Assembly (NCBI RefSeq): GCF_030028105.1
Contig: NC_092371.1
Location: 129,409,025-129,473,024 of the forward strand
Direction of reading: 5' to 3'
DNA from: Mobula birostris
Taxonomy: Eukaryota
DNA length: 64,000 nt
Shown here: piece by piece, positions 51,951 to 64,000 of the stretch
Position numbering within the stretch: position 1 is the first letter of the stretch
Layout of the letters: the number at the start of each line of letters is the position of its first letter
Position numbers and translations under genes: made by a program
The notes under the pieces: model-generated
Told to the model about the DNA's origin: nothing
What the model saw: the letters and a program-made list of their open reading frames with translations, nothing else
The model's database searches: none

Positions 51951-54900
51951 GTGAGTATCAGTGTGTGTTGTATTAATTCGACAGACGACAACTTTCACAG
52001 GCACGTCAATGCAGTCTTTCTCCACAGTTTACCGCCCCCTTGTATTTACGTTGTAGCTGCTCTTTGTGAGGGCTAACGCTGCTTTAACAAACTTTAAGGT
52101 ATCCATTTTGTGCCAGCAACATTGTAACGAAACTCGCGCGTTCCTGGGTCAACGTTCCAGTTTCTTCTCACTTGTATCTTCGCTCTCTCTCTGTGAAACA
52201 CCCCCTCTCTGCGCTCTGCGCCGTATTTAGATCGCTCTTAATGTTATTGTTAGTTTATTTCTCTTTTCTTTTATTATTGTTTACAACTCCAACCCCAGAA
52301 AGTGTTTCGATTTCGTTTCGTCAATTTACAAGGACTTCCGTAATTGGTGTTTATAAGCGTGTTGCTTGAGGGTATATGGGCTTACTTTTAGCATTAGTTG
52401 CAAAACAGAGAGGCGAAAGAGGAATATTTAATTTCGCTTTGTTTTCCTCGTCACCTTCACCATCTTTGCTTGCTCTCTCTCCTTTGTTGCATCGCCCATT
52501 TTAACCACGGGTGTCCTCTATAGTTCTCATTCAACACAACTGTGTTCTTGTTTTTAAGTTTGTTTTTTTTTGGGGAGGTGAGTGAGCAAATATTAAAATT
52601 GATCTGTTTTATATTTTGTAACACTCGACCAGACTGTTACAGAATGTAAATTGTAAGGCGGGAGTTGGATCAGTTGCTGTTTCAAACTGGGCTGCTTGTG
52701 TAGTCTTAAACAAGCTATTCGCTTCCCACAGCACTCATCTCTACACCAGGCTGAGAATGTGTTGTATTTACTTGTATTTGGTGTAGTTTTTTTTTCGTAT
52801 CCATTTCAATGATTGGTGCAAAAAATGCAGTTCACATTCGATGCGTCCCCTCCACTTCCTGCACCTATCGATTACCAACACTGGTAGCCCGTGTTTTCTA
52901 TTGCAGATAACAGGAACGGATTGCGTGGGAGTTGGAATGGAAAAATGGCCAAAAGTTTAAAGAACAAAAATAGTGAATAGTTCTAAACAGGGAGGTGGAA
53001 TTTTAGTTGGTTCAGCACCGTTTCCCAAAATGTACGATAATGATTCAATGCCTTTTCGGCTTAACGGAGATGCCTTTCATCCAATAAACAGAAATTGGGA
53101 AAACTTTCTCAAAATATCTGAGAACTTCTCACCCAGGTAGAGGTTATACTTGAAACCTAATTTCTGCATTAACGTGTTGTCACCTAATTCAGTTGTAAGA
53201 TAGTGACCTCTCTTTAACACCCTCCTGGCAGTAAAACTCCAGTAATCCAACACACGTGGGATGTTGAGACTGGGAGATCTCTGAGTATTGGATGTTTATC
53301 CACAACCTCCCCTGCAGTTTAATTGAAAATGTTACACTGCGGTATAATTGCCCAGTGAACCAGACAAGTTTTTAAGGGTAAACGACAGGAATTCTGCAGA
53401 TGCTGGAAATTCAAGCAACACACATCAAACTCACGAAGGGTCTCGGCCTGAAACGTTGACTGTAGTTCTTCCTAGAGTTGCTGCCTTGCCTGCTGCGTTC
53501 ACCAGCAACTTTGTGTGTTGCTCAAGTTTTTAAGGGTACTGCGTGCGTGAGCTGAGCCTGCGGAGAGGTTGGCAAATGTTCCCTGGTGGTCTGGATTGTA
53601 AACCACCAGGAATTCTGGATTATCAGATAGTGGATTATCGGAGTTCTGCTGTAACATTGGACCCCATACATTGTGCTGGTAGTGTCGACTACTTGCTTTC
53701 CTGTTGTCAATGGTGAATTTGCTGATGTGTCAACTGTTGAGTTGGGGGGTGGAAGATACTGTCAAGTGAAGATTGTTCAGATTCTGTGGTGGTTACCACT
53801 GGAGAGGCGAGGGGTGGGGGAAGACCAGCCTCTGGTAACCTTGTATTGAGCTGAAGGTGACATTCTATATGCCAGACTGGCCTCTTGAAATGGCCCAGCC
53901 CACATACCGAGAGGGAACACCTGCCAACTGACACATTCACCATTATGAATGCCCATTTGGCCGTGGGAGGCGTCTCTTTCTGGGGTGGGGAGTGCAAGGG
54001 GGCAGGAGGAGTCGACCTTTGTTGATATTGGAGACTGCATATGCTGGTTGGAGGGAAATGGACAGATAATGTTGGGTTGACCCACCCTGGCCATGCTTCT
54101 TTCTCCTGTCGGGCAGAGACACAACAGCTCTGAGAGTTCGTACCACCAGGCACAAGGACAGCATCTGTCCTGCTGTTCTGAGACTCTGACGTGGACCTCT
54201 CCGACACTCTTGATTGTTCAGTCTGTCTTGTCATCGCCCTTGAACTTTGCTTAATTCCACTGCACTTTCCCTGTAACTGCATTATTTTGTTCCTTTTTCA
54301 CTACTTCAGCGTACGTGTGTCTGGATTGATCTGTCTGAATAGTATGCAAACAAAGGCATTTCACTTTATCTTGATACACAGGAGGATGATGAAACTGATA
54401 CAAAACGTAATTGTATCAGGAGGGATTGGCACAAGGCCAATTCCAGCAGCGTTCTACACGTGGTGTGACCAAGTTAGATTGTGTAGGCTTGTGAATTGAG
54501 CATTGTAATTTATCCATTATTTTCACGCTCTCCCCTCCCGCCTGTAGTTTGTTAGTTTTTGCCGCTGTTGCTACTTCTAACTGGTGCTCTCCAGTCGTTC
54601 AGGGTTAACACTTCACACTCTCCAGTGCAACTCACCAGGGCCCCAGTTCCAGCTGTAACTTGGCAAAATTACTGGGAATTTTATCTGACATCAAAAAGTT
54701 CTAATTAAAAGTGCATTGGGAAATTCGAACAAAGAATAAGTTGAAAGCAAATGGGGCTAGGTTAGATGGGTAACCTGGTTAGAAGGGCTGAGTCCCTCTT
54801 AACCTCCCAGTTAGTTCTGACGAAGGGTCCCAGCCCAAAACGTCAACTGTACCTCTTCCTATAGATCCTGCCTGGCCTGCTGCGTTCACCAGCATTTTGT

Positions 54901-54999
54901 GTTGCATTTTCAGCATCTGCAGATTTTCTCGTGTTTGCGTCCCTCTTAATTATTGGTTTATTAATGTCACAGGTTCGGTGAAAAACTTTGTTTAGCATG

Positions 55000-56060
55000 C
55001 TATCCTTTCAGAAAAGTAAAAAAAAACAGTGCTGAACTATTACAGGTTCAGAGAGAGTGCAGTACAGGTAGACAACAAGGTGCGAGGCCGGATTGTAGAT
55101 GCAGTTCATTTCATCATACTGGTGGGCTGTTCAGTAATCATAACAGTGGAATAGAAGCTGTCCTTCCAGGCTTTTCTATCTTCTGCCCGTTGAGAGAGGG
55201 GTGAGGAAAGAATGCCCAGGGTGGGAGAGGTCTTTAATTCTCTCGGCTGCTTTACCGAGGCAGCAGGAAGTTATAGACAGAGTCCGGGGGGGGTGGGGGG
55301 CTGGTTTCTGTGATGTGCCGAGCTGTGTGCACAACTCTGCAGTTTCTTCTGTTCTTGGCAGACCGGTTCCCATACCAAGCCGTGATATGTCTCGTTAGGG
55401 TGCTTTCTGTGGTGCGTCTGTAGTAATTGGTGAGGGTTCCTTAAGGTTGTCATAACCGGAGGAGGTAGTGGGAACAAGCTCCCACCACCTATGGAATGCT
55501 CCCAGTGGTGTGCATCTCCAGTGGCTTCTGAGAACCAAGCCTTCATGTGTGGCTGAGCGACTGAGCCTGGAAGAATTGTTTCTACTGACAGCCCTACGTT
55601 GAGTTCAGTGCTGACTGGCAGTCTTACAATGTCCCTGTATCGGCCTCTCTATTCTTTGGATTGATCGGGTGCGTGGAGAGGGGGAGTCTGCTGCATGGGT
55701 AATAGATTGTTCTCCATATCGTACTGCCCTGACTTGTGTATCACATTGCGTCCTCGTGGTCAATGTCAGTGGTCAGCCCTGACCCAACAGAGGGCCTCAT
55801 GAGAGTCAACAGAGACGTGCAAATTTCCTTTGTCTTCTGAGGAATGAGAGACACTGATGCACTTCTTTGGCCTTGGCATCTGTGTGGTTGGATGAGGTCA
55901 GGCTATTGGCAATGTTTGCACCCAGGAACTTGAAGCTATCAACCATCTATACCTCAGCACCATGGATACATCCAGAGGCGTGGACTCTGCCCTCCCTCCT
56001 GAAGTCAGAATCATTTCCTTTGTTTTGCTGACACCGAGGGAGAGGTTGTTGACACCATGC
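55000..56060 (-). mobile_element. decayed Rex1/Babar-type LINE 3' fragments
   Basis: NNLSLGVSKTKEMIL.F, KAAERIKDLSHPGHSFLTPLSTGRR. Confidence 0.6.
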
Positions 56061-56803
56061 CAGGGAAACTCTACTCCACTTCCTGGTCCGTGGCTCAGAT
56101 TGCATTGGGTCCGACTTGTTCCTATTGGCACTCGGATTCTGTATTTGTGTGTCAGGCATCAGGTGATAGACCACAAGACTTCCCTGACAGCGTGTGCCTT
56201 TGGTCACCCTTTCCAATTAACTGGGGAGCCTGCCTTTTAGCTGAGTTGTTCAGACAGCTCTTGGGTGAACGTTAGGTAGATCAGATGAAATTGAATGCTG
56301 AGAAATTAGATGAAATGCTTTCTCATGATATCAGAGGAAGGGATTGGGCCCATCAAGTCAATGCTGGCTATGAACAATCCTATTCTTTCCACACTCCCAT
56401 CAGCTCTCTGCCCACCCCCTCGCAAGAAACCACCACTTATCCGCACACTTACAATTCCGGCGGCCAGTTAATCTACCTACTGATTGGGATGTGAGAGGGA
56501 AACGGCACAGGTGAGAAACCCACATGGTCACAGCGACATGCACCCAAGGTCAGGATTGAACCCCAGTCTCTGGTGCTATGAAGCAGTGGCTCTACCAAAT
56601 CTGCCACTGGGCCATCCCCAGGAAAAGGACGGGGTGGTGACCCTGGTGCAGATCACAGTGGAGTAGTTGTACAGAGTGCATTTGGTCAGTAGTGAGAGGT
56701 CTTGGCTCCTGGTTTACATCCTCATTTTAAAGTACTTTAAGTTTTCAGTTCCTTCCCTCCCTTCCTATCAGTGTCACTTCAGTCATCCAACACAGTCTGT
56801 TAT

Positions 56804-57105
56804 GTCCCTGTAACCTGTGTGTGTGTCGCCCGTCCGTCACGTCCCTGTAACCTGTGTGTGTGTCGCCTGTCCGTCACGCCCCTGTAACCTGTGTGTGTGT
56901 CGTCTGTCCGTCACGTCCCTGTAACCTGTGTGTGTGTGTCGCCCGTCCGTCACGTCCCTGTAACCTGTGTGTGTTGCCCGTCCGTCACGTCCCTGTGACC
57001 TGTGTGTGTCGCCTGTCCGTCACGTCCCTGTAACCTGTGTGTGTGTGTGTCGCCCGTCCGTCACGTCCCTGTGACCTGTGTGTGTGTGTGTGTGTCACCT
57101 GTCAC
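56804..57105. repeat. ~37-bp minisatellite with internal variable (GT)n, 8 units
   Basis: gtccctgt(a/g)acct(gt)n cgcccgtccgtcac repeated. Confidence 0.95.
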
Positions 57106-57537
57106 CCAGGAACACTCTGTGACGGCTGCCCCCATCACCCAACAATCTTTCATCATCTCTGTAAACTGCATCACCGTCATCACCCTATGTCCCTCTCTCA
57201 GCAAACCCTTTCTTCCCTGCATTGCTAAGGTTGAAATGTTTAATACCAGAGAGCATGCATTTAAGTTGTGAGGTGGGTAAGTTCAGTGGAGATGTATTTT
57301 TTTTACACAGTGGTGGGTGCCTGGAATGTGCTTCCAGGAGTGGTGGTGAAGGCAAATCCAATGGGCTATTAGATAGGGACATGAATCTGGAGGAAATGTA
57401 AAGATGGGGACTTTGTGTAAGTGGAAGGGATCAGTTTAATTTTTGTAGATGTGGTGGGCTGTTCCTGTGCTTGTAGTACTTGCTCCCAAAGCAGCATGGG
57501 GAGCAGCAAGAACTAGATGACTGCTAGTTGAGGAATT

Positions 57538-57564
57538 CCCCCCCCCCCCCCCCCCCCCCCCCCC
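57538..57564. repeat. poly-C tract (27 nt)
   Basis: Read directly from the sequence. Confidence 0.9.
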
Positions 57565-59509
57565 GTCTTCATCACAGCAGCCTCTGTTTGTGTAATGGCT
57601 CTGACAATGTAAGTTGCTTCACTTCCCTCACGGTGCAGAGAGGTGTCATAGATTACTGAGTCAAGTTGTAATAAAACTCAGATAACCCACTCTCTGATTG
57701 GAAATCCCAAAGCTTTGGCACCTGGTATGCAAGATGACTCTTTGTAAACTTGCTGTGCTCTCCTACGCATAGGTTCATTGATCAAGATACTGTATTATTG
57801 AGTAACATTTTTAAAAATGAATTAAAAGCATGTGTTATTAAAAGGATTAGCATCTAGTAACCCAGGAAACCTACCAATCTGCCACTTCTGCCATACTAAC
57901 TCTGAGCAAACAAGATGATCAGAGTTTGGTATGTACGGTTGGCTAAAGGCCAAGTAATTGGGCGAAGTCATCTATGGATTTGAACTGAACTTGTCCCATC
58001 AGTGGATTAATGAGTCAAGCAGCATGGAAACAGGCTGTTTGGCCCAACTTGTCTGTGTTGGCTGATATTTCCCTCCGAGCTAATCCCATTTGGCTACACT
58101 AGCCCGTATCTCTGAATCTTTCGAGTGTCCTTTCAAATTTTCCATTTATTGTACCTGTCCAAGTGTCTTTAAAATGTTGTTACTGTGTCCTCTAGCAGCT
58201 CATTCTACATAGGCACACCATCTGTGTGTAAAGTTGCCTCTTAGGTCCCCTTTAAATCTTTTCTCTCTCGCCTTAAACCTATTCCCTCCACTAATCTCCA
58301 GAAGGCCAGCTCCTACTCTCCTTCACTCTCAGCCTATCCAGTCTCTCCGTATAACAGTTGATCATCTTTTCTGCACCCTCTCTAGCTTTCCAGAGCCTGG
58401 AGACAGTTGGTACCTTGTATCCCCTTTCAGTTCATTGGTGTCCTTTGGAAGAAATCTCCGATTCCTTGGCCCTGCGGTGTGTTTCTCCCCGACTGCCGCA
58501 TGTGGAAAGAGGATCCGTGGAGATCAGTTTCACCTCTCCGGGGAACGGATTAAAATGTTGATGCAGTGTGTCCTGGTTAGGGGGAGAGAAATTGACTAAA
58601 TGACCTTTCTCCAGGTTGGGGTAGGGGATGGTGACCCTGTAGGGATTGACCCACCCACTTGGCTGGGTACTCTGTTGCTGCTTATCCATACAGCATGGAA
58701 ATTTCAGCCTAACTCATCTATGCTAATGACAATACCCATCTCAGCTTGCAGGTAAAACAGTTGGCAATTGCTTGGTGTGTTGCTGGCATTCCAATCTTTC
58801 TTCATCTAACTATGGCTTACATGAGCTAAGGGTGAATATTCTGGCATAAATGATTATACACTATCATAGACGAAGTTTGGTGGCTACCAGAGTGCTAATG
58901 GAGAGACAGGGACTGCGAATACTGTCTGTTCGAGCTGCCTGACACACTGAGGTCCTCCTGCAGATATATTTTGTTGCTCCTTGTCCCAGTGTCAGCAGTT
59001 GTCTCAATTTTATTACTCCACTGCAAAGCCTCTTCCATGTGTGCCCACTTTGAAGAAGTTTCCCACCTCTCTGCAGGAGCTGTGTGAGACCCTCTCTCGC
59101 TGCTCCCCCTCTGCGACCCAGTTCAGATAGCACCTCTCCATTCAGAGTTATACAGAGGGTGTTGGGTGCCTGGACTATACTGCCAGGGGCAGTAGTGGAG
59201 GCAAATACCAGTAGTCCAGTAGTGGAGGGATGTCTAGGAGGCTTTTTAATTTGGGGAAATGGTCATTATGTGGGTAGAATGGATTAGATTAGTTAGACGT
59301 TTAATTAAGTCTGGCACAATATCATAGATTGGAGGGCCTGTTCTATTCCTGCAACTGCAGTTTCTTGTCTTGATGTTATGACTTGTTAATGATGGTTGAG
59401 TACTAAGTACTTAAATTGCCTGGATTTGTGACTACCGGTTTGGGGAAAGGGCAATCAACTCCAGGAATGTTACATTTTGGGAGAGATCTGTGGGGACAAG
59501 ATAGTGAAG

Positions 59510-60390
59510 ACGCAAACATGAGGAAATCTGCAGATGCTGGAATTTCAAGCAACACACATAAAAGTTGCTGGTGACTGAGTGTGGCTTCATCTTTACAGTA
59601 GAGGAGGCTGTGGATAGACGTATCAGAATGGGATGTGGAATTAAAATGTGTGGCCACTAGGAGATCCTCCCCAGACAGTCCTTCCAGGTGAGGCGACACT
59701 TCACCTGTGAGTCGGCTGGGGTGATATACTGCGTCCGGTGCTCCCGATGCGGCCTTCTATATATTGGCGAGACCGGACGCAGACTGGGAGATCGTTTTGC
59801 TGAACACCTATGCTCTGTCTGCCAGAGAAAGCAGGATCTCCCAGTGGCCACGCATTTTAATTCCACGTTCCATTCCCATTTTGACATGTCTATCCACAGC
59901 CTCCTCTACTGTCAAGATGAAGCCACACTTAGGTTGGAGGAACAACACCTTATATTCCATCTGGGTAGCCTCCAACCTGATGGCATGAACATTGACTTCT
60001 CTAACTTCCGCTAATGCCCCTCGTACCCCATCCATTATTTATTTATATACACACATTCGTTCTCTCTCTCTCCTTTTTCTCCCTCTGTCCCTCTCACTAT
60101 ACCCCTTGCCCATCCTCTGGGCTCTCCCCCCCCCCCCCCCCTTTCTCCCTAGGCCTCCTGTCCCATGATCCTCTCATATCCCTTTTGCCAATCACCTGCC
60201 CAGCTCTTGGCTCCATCCCTCCCCCTCCTGTCTTCTCCTATCATTTCAGATCTCCCCTCCCCCTCCCACTTTCAAATCTCTTACTAGCTCTTCTTTCAGT
60301 TAGTCCTGACGAAGGGTCTCGGCCCGAAACGTCGACTGTACCTCTTCTTAGAGATGCTGCCTGACCTGCTGTGTTCACCAGCAACTTTTA
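59510..60390 (+). mobile_element. young Penelope-like element (inverted 5' piece 59510-59668, sense GIY-YIG ORF, terminus) in h3f3a intron 1
   Basis: Uninterrupted ORF RRHFTCESAGVIYCVRCSRCGLLYIGETGRRLGDRFAEHL...LEEQHLIFHLGSLQPDGMNIDFSNFR. Confidence 0.9.
60301..60338 (+). ncRNA. minimal type I hammerhead ribozyme motif (Penelope terminus)
   Basis: Stem I AGTC/GACT; core CTGACGA at 60306-60312; stem II GGGTC/GGCCC; GAAA at 60326-60329; GTC triplet at 60331-60333. Confidence 0.7.
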
Positions 60391-60521
60391 AGGTAGTGAA
60401 GGTGTTGGAACAACCCTGTTGCCCTTAAGCTCATTTCACTGCTGCCCTGTGCCAGTCCTGCAGTACTCTCTGCTGTCTAATGTCTTACCTACTCTGTTTG
60501 TGCTTCAGTTGCTAGGATTGA

Positions 60522-60845
<324 letters not shown>

Positions 60846-62418
60846 TAAGTTGGTCCCATTTGCTATGTCTCCATACCTCTGTTCTCTCTCCAGCTTAATG
60901 GCATCTTTCCTGTAGCAGAGTGACCAAAACCAAATACAGTATTCCATATACAGCCTCACCAACCTCTTGTGCAGTGTACTATGTGCTTGGTGTACCTCCA
61001 AAGGGACTTGACCCTCTCTGAATACCTTTTAGGCTGTCATTATTTAAAAAGAATACCCTGCTTTCCATTTTATCTGGGCAGGCTTAATATTATGCCATCT
61101 GCCACATCCTTACAGTTCACTTATCCAGTCACCAAAGCCTCTCCCTGACCACCTCACCACACACCCTGACACTTGGGCAAATACCATCAATGAACTTGGA
61201 TATATTACTTGCTTCCTCTCATCCAGATCACTGGTGGGGATGGTCTAGTACAGATATGTCAGTTTCAGTTTCCCTCATTGGATAATTCAGGAAAGGAGGG
61301 TGAGCCTCAAGAGATGTGGGGATATTGTAGGAAACAGGTGCCATGATTTTGATGAATGGGAGAGTGGGCTCTTGGGGGCCAGATCATCTACTCCTGTTTA
61401 AGAGATACTCAGTCATATTAACTCTATGACTCTCATTTCCAGCAGACTTCAATGCAATGTGCTTCGAGTTGCTGAACTGCCTGAAGTAGATGGGGACAGA
61501 TGAGGCTGAAAGCTTCCCCTGCTGCATTAAGCTTATATTAATCAGCATAGTACTGCTTGCTGGATCTTGTTTTAAGCAGTGGGGTAGAAAGTACTGTGAA
61601 ATTTCCAATATTTTTGTGCCAGATAGTTTTGCATTATAAGATTTAATTTCTATGGAGTCATATAGAGTTCTACAGCAGAGAAACTGACTCTGTTGTCTGT
61701 GTGCAGAAGAGGTTCACCAAAATGCTGCCTGATTAGAGGTTGGGCAAAGTTTTTCTCTGCAGCAGTGGAGGCTAAAGGGGCAACCTGATGGAAGTGTATA
61801 AAAGTGAGAAGCAATAGATAGAATAGAGCCTTTCCCTCCTCTTCTCCCCCACCCCGAGCAGAACTGTCTAATATTAGAGGACATAACTTCAGCATGAGAA
61901 GGGGAAGGGTTTTTAAAGAGTAGTAGGTACCCAGAACATACTGCCAGGGGAAAAGACAGGAGAGTGACATTTACGGGGCATTTGGACGGGCAGAGAATCT
62001 GAGGATATGGATCAGGTGCAGGCAGGTAAGACTAGTTGGGTATCTTGGCTTGACACAGACATTGTGGGCCAAAAGTCTTTTCCTATGTTGTACTGTTCTA
62101 TATTCTGCACCAAATTCTGGCGCAAGGTAGTCCCATTTACCTGTATTAGCCCTCAGTCTAACTACCTTTTTCCTCAGCACTTTAAAAAATTAATAATAAA
62201 TATTCTATTGCACCAATTTGAACAGGAGTGTGGGAACTGGGAGAACCCACAGTGTCAGAGAGAACTTGCAGGCAGCACTGGAGATCAGGATCAAAAGAGG
62301 TCACTGGAGCCATGAGACTTTCCCAGCTGTGCCACTGCACCAGGCCCATCTACCGCCCAATTCACAACTGGGCTCTTCATCGAATTCCTTCAATTAATTT
62401 TTGCCAAAAAGTGCATGA

Positions 62419-62682
<264 letters not shown>

Positions 62683-63209
62683 TAATATTGTGAGCAATCT
62701 TGGGCTTCGTATCGAGGGAGGGATGTGCTAGCCCTGGAGAGGGTCCAGAGGAGGTTCATTTTTATGAGAAATGGTTGATGGCTCTAGCTCTGTACTCAAT
62801 GGAGCTCAGAAGGATGGGCATTGGGGGTGGGAGCAATCTCACAGTAACCTACCTGATACTGAAATGCCTGGAGAGAGGGGATGTAGTGAAGATGTTTTGG
62901 GTAATGGATGAGCCAAAGTTACTACCTACAGCCTCAGAATAAAGGGACATCCTTTAAGGTGCAGCTGTGGGATTTGTTGGAACACAGGGCTGTGGAGGCC
63001 AAGTCATTAGATGTATTTAAGGCAGAGATTGATAGGCCTTGTTTGGTAAGGAAATCAAAGGTTACAGGGACAAAGTAGGAGAATGGGTTTGTGGGATATA
63101 AAACATTAGTCATGATTGGCCTGAATCTGCTCCTCAAGGTTTTATGGCCATGGTTAAGAAGGCAAATATGTCAAGACGGTTTGTACTTAAACACAGTATG
63201 TCTGACATT

Positions 63210-63432
63210 TAGCCAGCTGGTGGCATAGTGGCATCAGCGCTGGACTTCAGAGCAAAGGCCCCTGAGTTGGAATCCAGCTGGCTCCCTTACACGCTTTCCA
63301 CCTGTGCTGGGTTGAATGTCAAGCTAGCAACTCGGCCTCGTGAAAATAAGAAAGCCTGCTTAAAAAAAACGCCGTCATGACACTGTCCCGATGATTCCAC
63401 TCAGAGTTAAGGGCTTTCTTCTTCATCTTCTC
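63210..63432 (+). mobile_element. tRNA-derived SINE with 11-bp TSD
   Basis: A box TGGCATAGTGG at 63221; B-box-like GTTGGAATCC at 63266; (TTC)n tail; TGTCTGACATT at 63199-63209 and 63433-63443. Confidence 0.8.
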
Positions 63433-64000
63433 TGTCTGACATTATTCCCAGGGCCAGGAGGTGCCCTCGTTTGACACAGAGGTAGTGAGTTCAAGCCTCA
63501 GTCCAGGACATGCAAGTCTAGGTTGTCCTTCCTTATAATATCAGATGTGAGGGCTTTTCCAGGAAAGTTGTATGTCAGAAGTGCTATCTTCTGAACAAGG
63601 TTATAACTGAGAACATATCACGTTGACAAACCAGAGTTCTCCTTATTGCCATGGCCACTTGAGGTCCTGAATCATTTGGTTTCATGAGGTGTTGTTTGTT
63701 TCTGGACTCATCCAGCTGTTGCCTTTTTTGCTTGACAGGCAGTTCCTTTTCAAGTTTATTGTACAGCAGGGTGTAGTGGTTCCTTGCTCATGAACATGAT
63801 GAGCACAAACAATGGGATGGTGGTAAGTTTAATAGTGGAAAAAAGAAATGCTAAAGTAACAGTAACAGAACTGAGAGATTCAAAGTTAAGGGTTTGAGAA
63901 CATGACGGCACCACCAGGAAGGGAGTGTGAAAGGGGTGATCAGTTCAGAGTCTGATAGCAGTAAGGAAAAAGCTGCACTTGAGTAAGAAGTAGTAGATAG

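Noticed and set aside
53707-54282. 191-aa minus-strand ORF in h3f3a intron 1
   Set aside because: No recognisable motif; overlaps decayed LINE 3' sequence on the opposite strand.
63212-63282. Possible tRNA with TCA (Sec/suppressor) anticodon
   Set aside because: Anticodon stem and T-arm do not pair properly and the B box is mutated; it is the head of a TSD-flanked SINE.

Overview
Vertebrate genomic DNA. The repeat content (Penelope-like elements, CR1, Rex1/Babar, L1/Tx1) suggests a cartilaginous fish, probably a ray; this is an inference. The window holds the lefty - sde2 - h3f3a syntenic block. (1) A complete 4-exon lefty gene on + (CDS 21914-30994, 365 aa). (2) sde2 on -, with six coding exons (48731 down to 34452); I could not find the terminal SAP-domain exon on either strand, so lefty may be nested antisense in the last sde2 intron. 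(3) Histone H3.3 (h3f3a) on +, head-to-head with sde2, with a non-coding exon 1 and coding exons 2-3; exon 4 lies beyond the window. Notable non-genic structure: a candidate lefty enhancer (three FoxH1 sites plus a Sox-Oct composite at ~12 kb), a 34-bp satellite split by a young CR1, a miR-430/427/302 seed site in the lefty 3'UTR, two 5'-inverted (twin-primed) L1 insertions, and many Penelope termini carrying minimal hammerhead-ribozyme cores, with an intact one in sense orientation in h3f3a intron 1. All calls were made by eye, without database searches.
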